NCBI GenBank assembly: GCA_002269645.1
Contig: NIVC01002679.1
Location: 1 to 64,000, forward strand
From: Macrostomum lignano
Lineage: Eukaryota
Reading direction: 5' to 3'
DNA length: 64,000 nucleotides
The notes beneath the pieces are model-generated. The model saw only the letters and a list, made by a program, of their open reading frames with translations. It had not been told where the DNA came from and ran no database searches. Shown one piece after another: positions 62,935 through 64,000 of the stretch. Each line of letters opens with the position of its first letter. The first letter of the stretch is position 1. The position numbers were made by a program, and so were the translations under genes.

Positions 62935-63920
62935 TCTAACTCATTTACTCACCATGAGAACAGTCTCTAACTCACCATGAGAACAGTCTCTAACTCACCA
63001 TGAGAACAGTCTCTCTGACTCACCATGAGAACAGTCTCTCTAACTCACCATGAGAACAGTCTCTCTAACTCACCATGAGAACAGTCTCTCTAACTCACCA
63101 TGAGAACAGTCTCTCTAACTCACCATGAGAACAGTCTCTCTAACTCACCATGAGAACAGTCTCTCTAACTCACCATGAGAACAGTCTCTCTAACTCACCA
63201 TGAGAACAGTCTCTCTAACTCACCATGAGAACAGTCTCTCTAACTCACCATGAGAACAGTCTCTCTAACTCACCATGAGAACAGTCTCTGACTCACCATG
63301 AGAACAGTCTCTGACTCACCATGAGAACAGTCTCTCTAACTCACCATGAGAACAGTCTGACTCTCCATGAGAACAGTCTCTGACTCACCATGAGAACAGT
63401 CTCTCTAACTCACCATGAGAACAGTCTGACTCACCATGAGAACAGTCTCTCTAACTCGCCATGAGAACAGTCTCTCTAACTCACCATGAGAACAGTCTCT
63501 CTAACTCACCATGAGAACAGTCTCTCTAACTCACCATGAGAACAGTCTCTCTAACTCACCATGAGAACAGTCTCTGACTCACCATGAGAACAGTCTCTGA
63601 CTCACCATGAGAACAGTCTCTCTAACTCACCATGAGAACAGTCTCTCTAACTCACCATGAGAACAGTCTGACTCTCCATGAGAACAGTCTCTGACTCACC
63701 ATGAGAACAGTCTCTCTAACTCGCCATGAGAACAGTCTCTAACTCACCATGAGAACAGTCTCTAACTCACCATGAGAACAGTCTCTCTAACTCACCATGA
63801 GAACAGTCTGACTCACCATGAGAACAGTCTCTGACTCACCATGAGAACAGTCTCTCTAACTCACCATGAGAACAGTCTCTCTAACTCACCATGAGAACAG
63901 TCTCTCTAACTCACCTTGAG
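62935..63920. repeat. 21-25-bp minisatellite (AACTCACCATGAGAACAGTCTCTCT), about 40 copies
   Basis: Direct reading; begins about 90 bp after the SEPSECS stop. Confidence 0.95.
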
Positions 63921-64000
63921 AATAATCTTAAAAAACTGTGCTCAGATGTACCCCTAAAAGCCCCTAGAATGTCCATGACCTTTTTAGAACATATCATTTA

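Overview
Eukaryotic (metazoan) genomic DNA: GC-rich spliced exons with GT-AG introns, AT-rich spacers, many minisatellites and transposons. The style resembles a free-living flatworm such as Macrostomum, but that is an inference only. No CRISPR array, rRNA gene or functional tRNA is supported. Genes reconstructed by hand: EFCAB2/DRC8 (+, 5' exon not found), a divergent MGAT1/GnT-I-like GT13 (-, 3 exons), MRPS11 (-, 2 exons), selenoprotein T (-, 3 exons, with an in-frame UGA in a split C-Y-S-U motif that the ORF track misses), a GT7 beta-1,4-galactosyltransferase-like gene (+, 2 exons) and selenocysteine synthase SEPSECS (+, 4 exons, 501 aa). There are also several orphan ORFs and a frameshifted F-box/propeller-like locus. 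Mobile DNA includes a P-element/THAP9-type transposase ORF, a 6.1-kb Mutator element encoding a transposase with a C-terminal RING finger (itself interrupted by a mariner, all inside SEPSECS intron 1), hAT non-autonomous elements with verifiable TIRs and 8-bp TSDs, a Merlin fragment, LINE and gag fragments, and a tRNA-derived SINE family. Best leads: the Sec-encoding SelT with a candidate non-canonical SECIS lying beyond an inserted MITE, its linkage to SEPSECS, the MULE-RING fusion, and transposon subterminal motifs seeding minisatellites.
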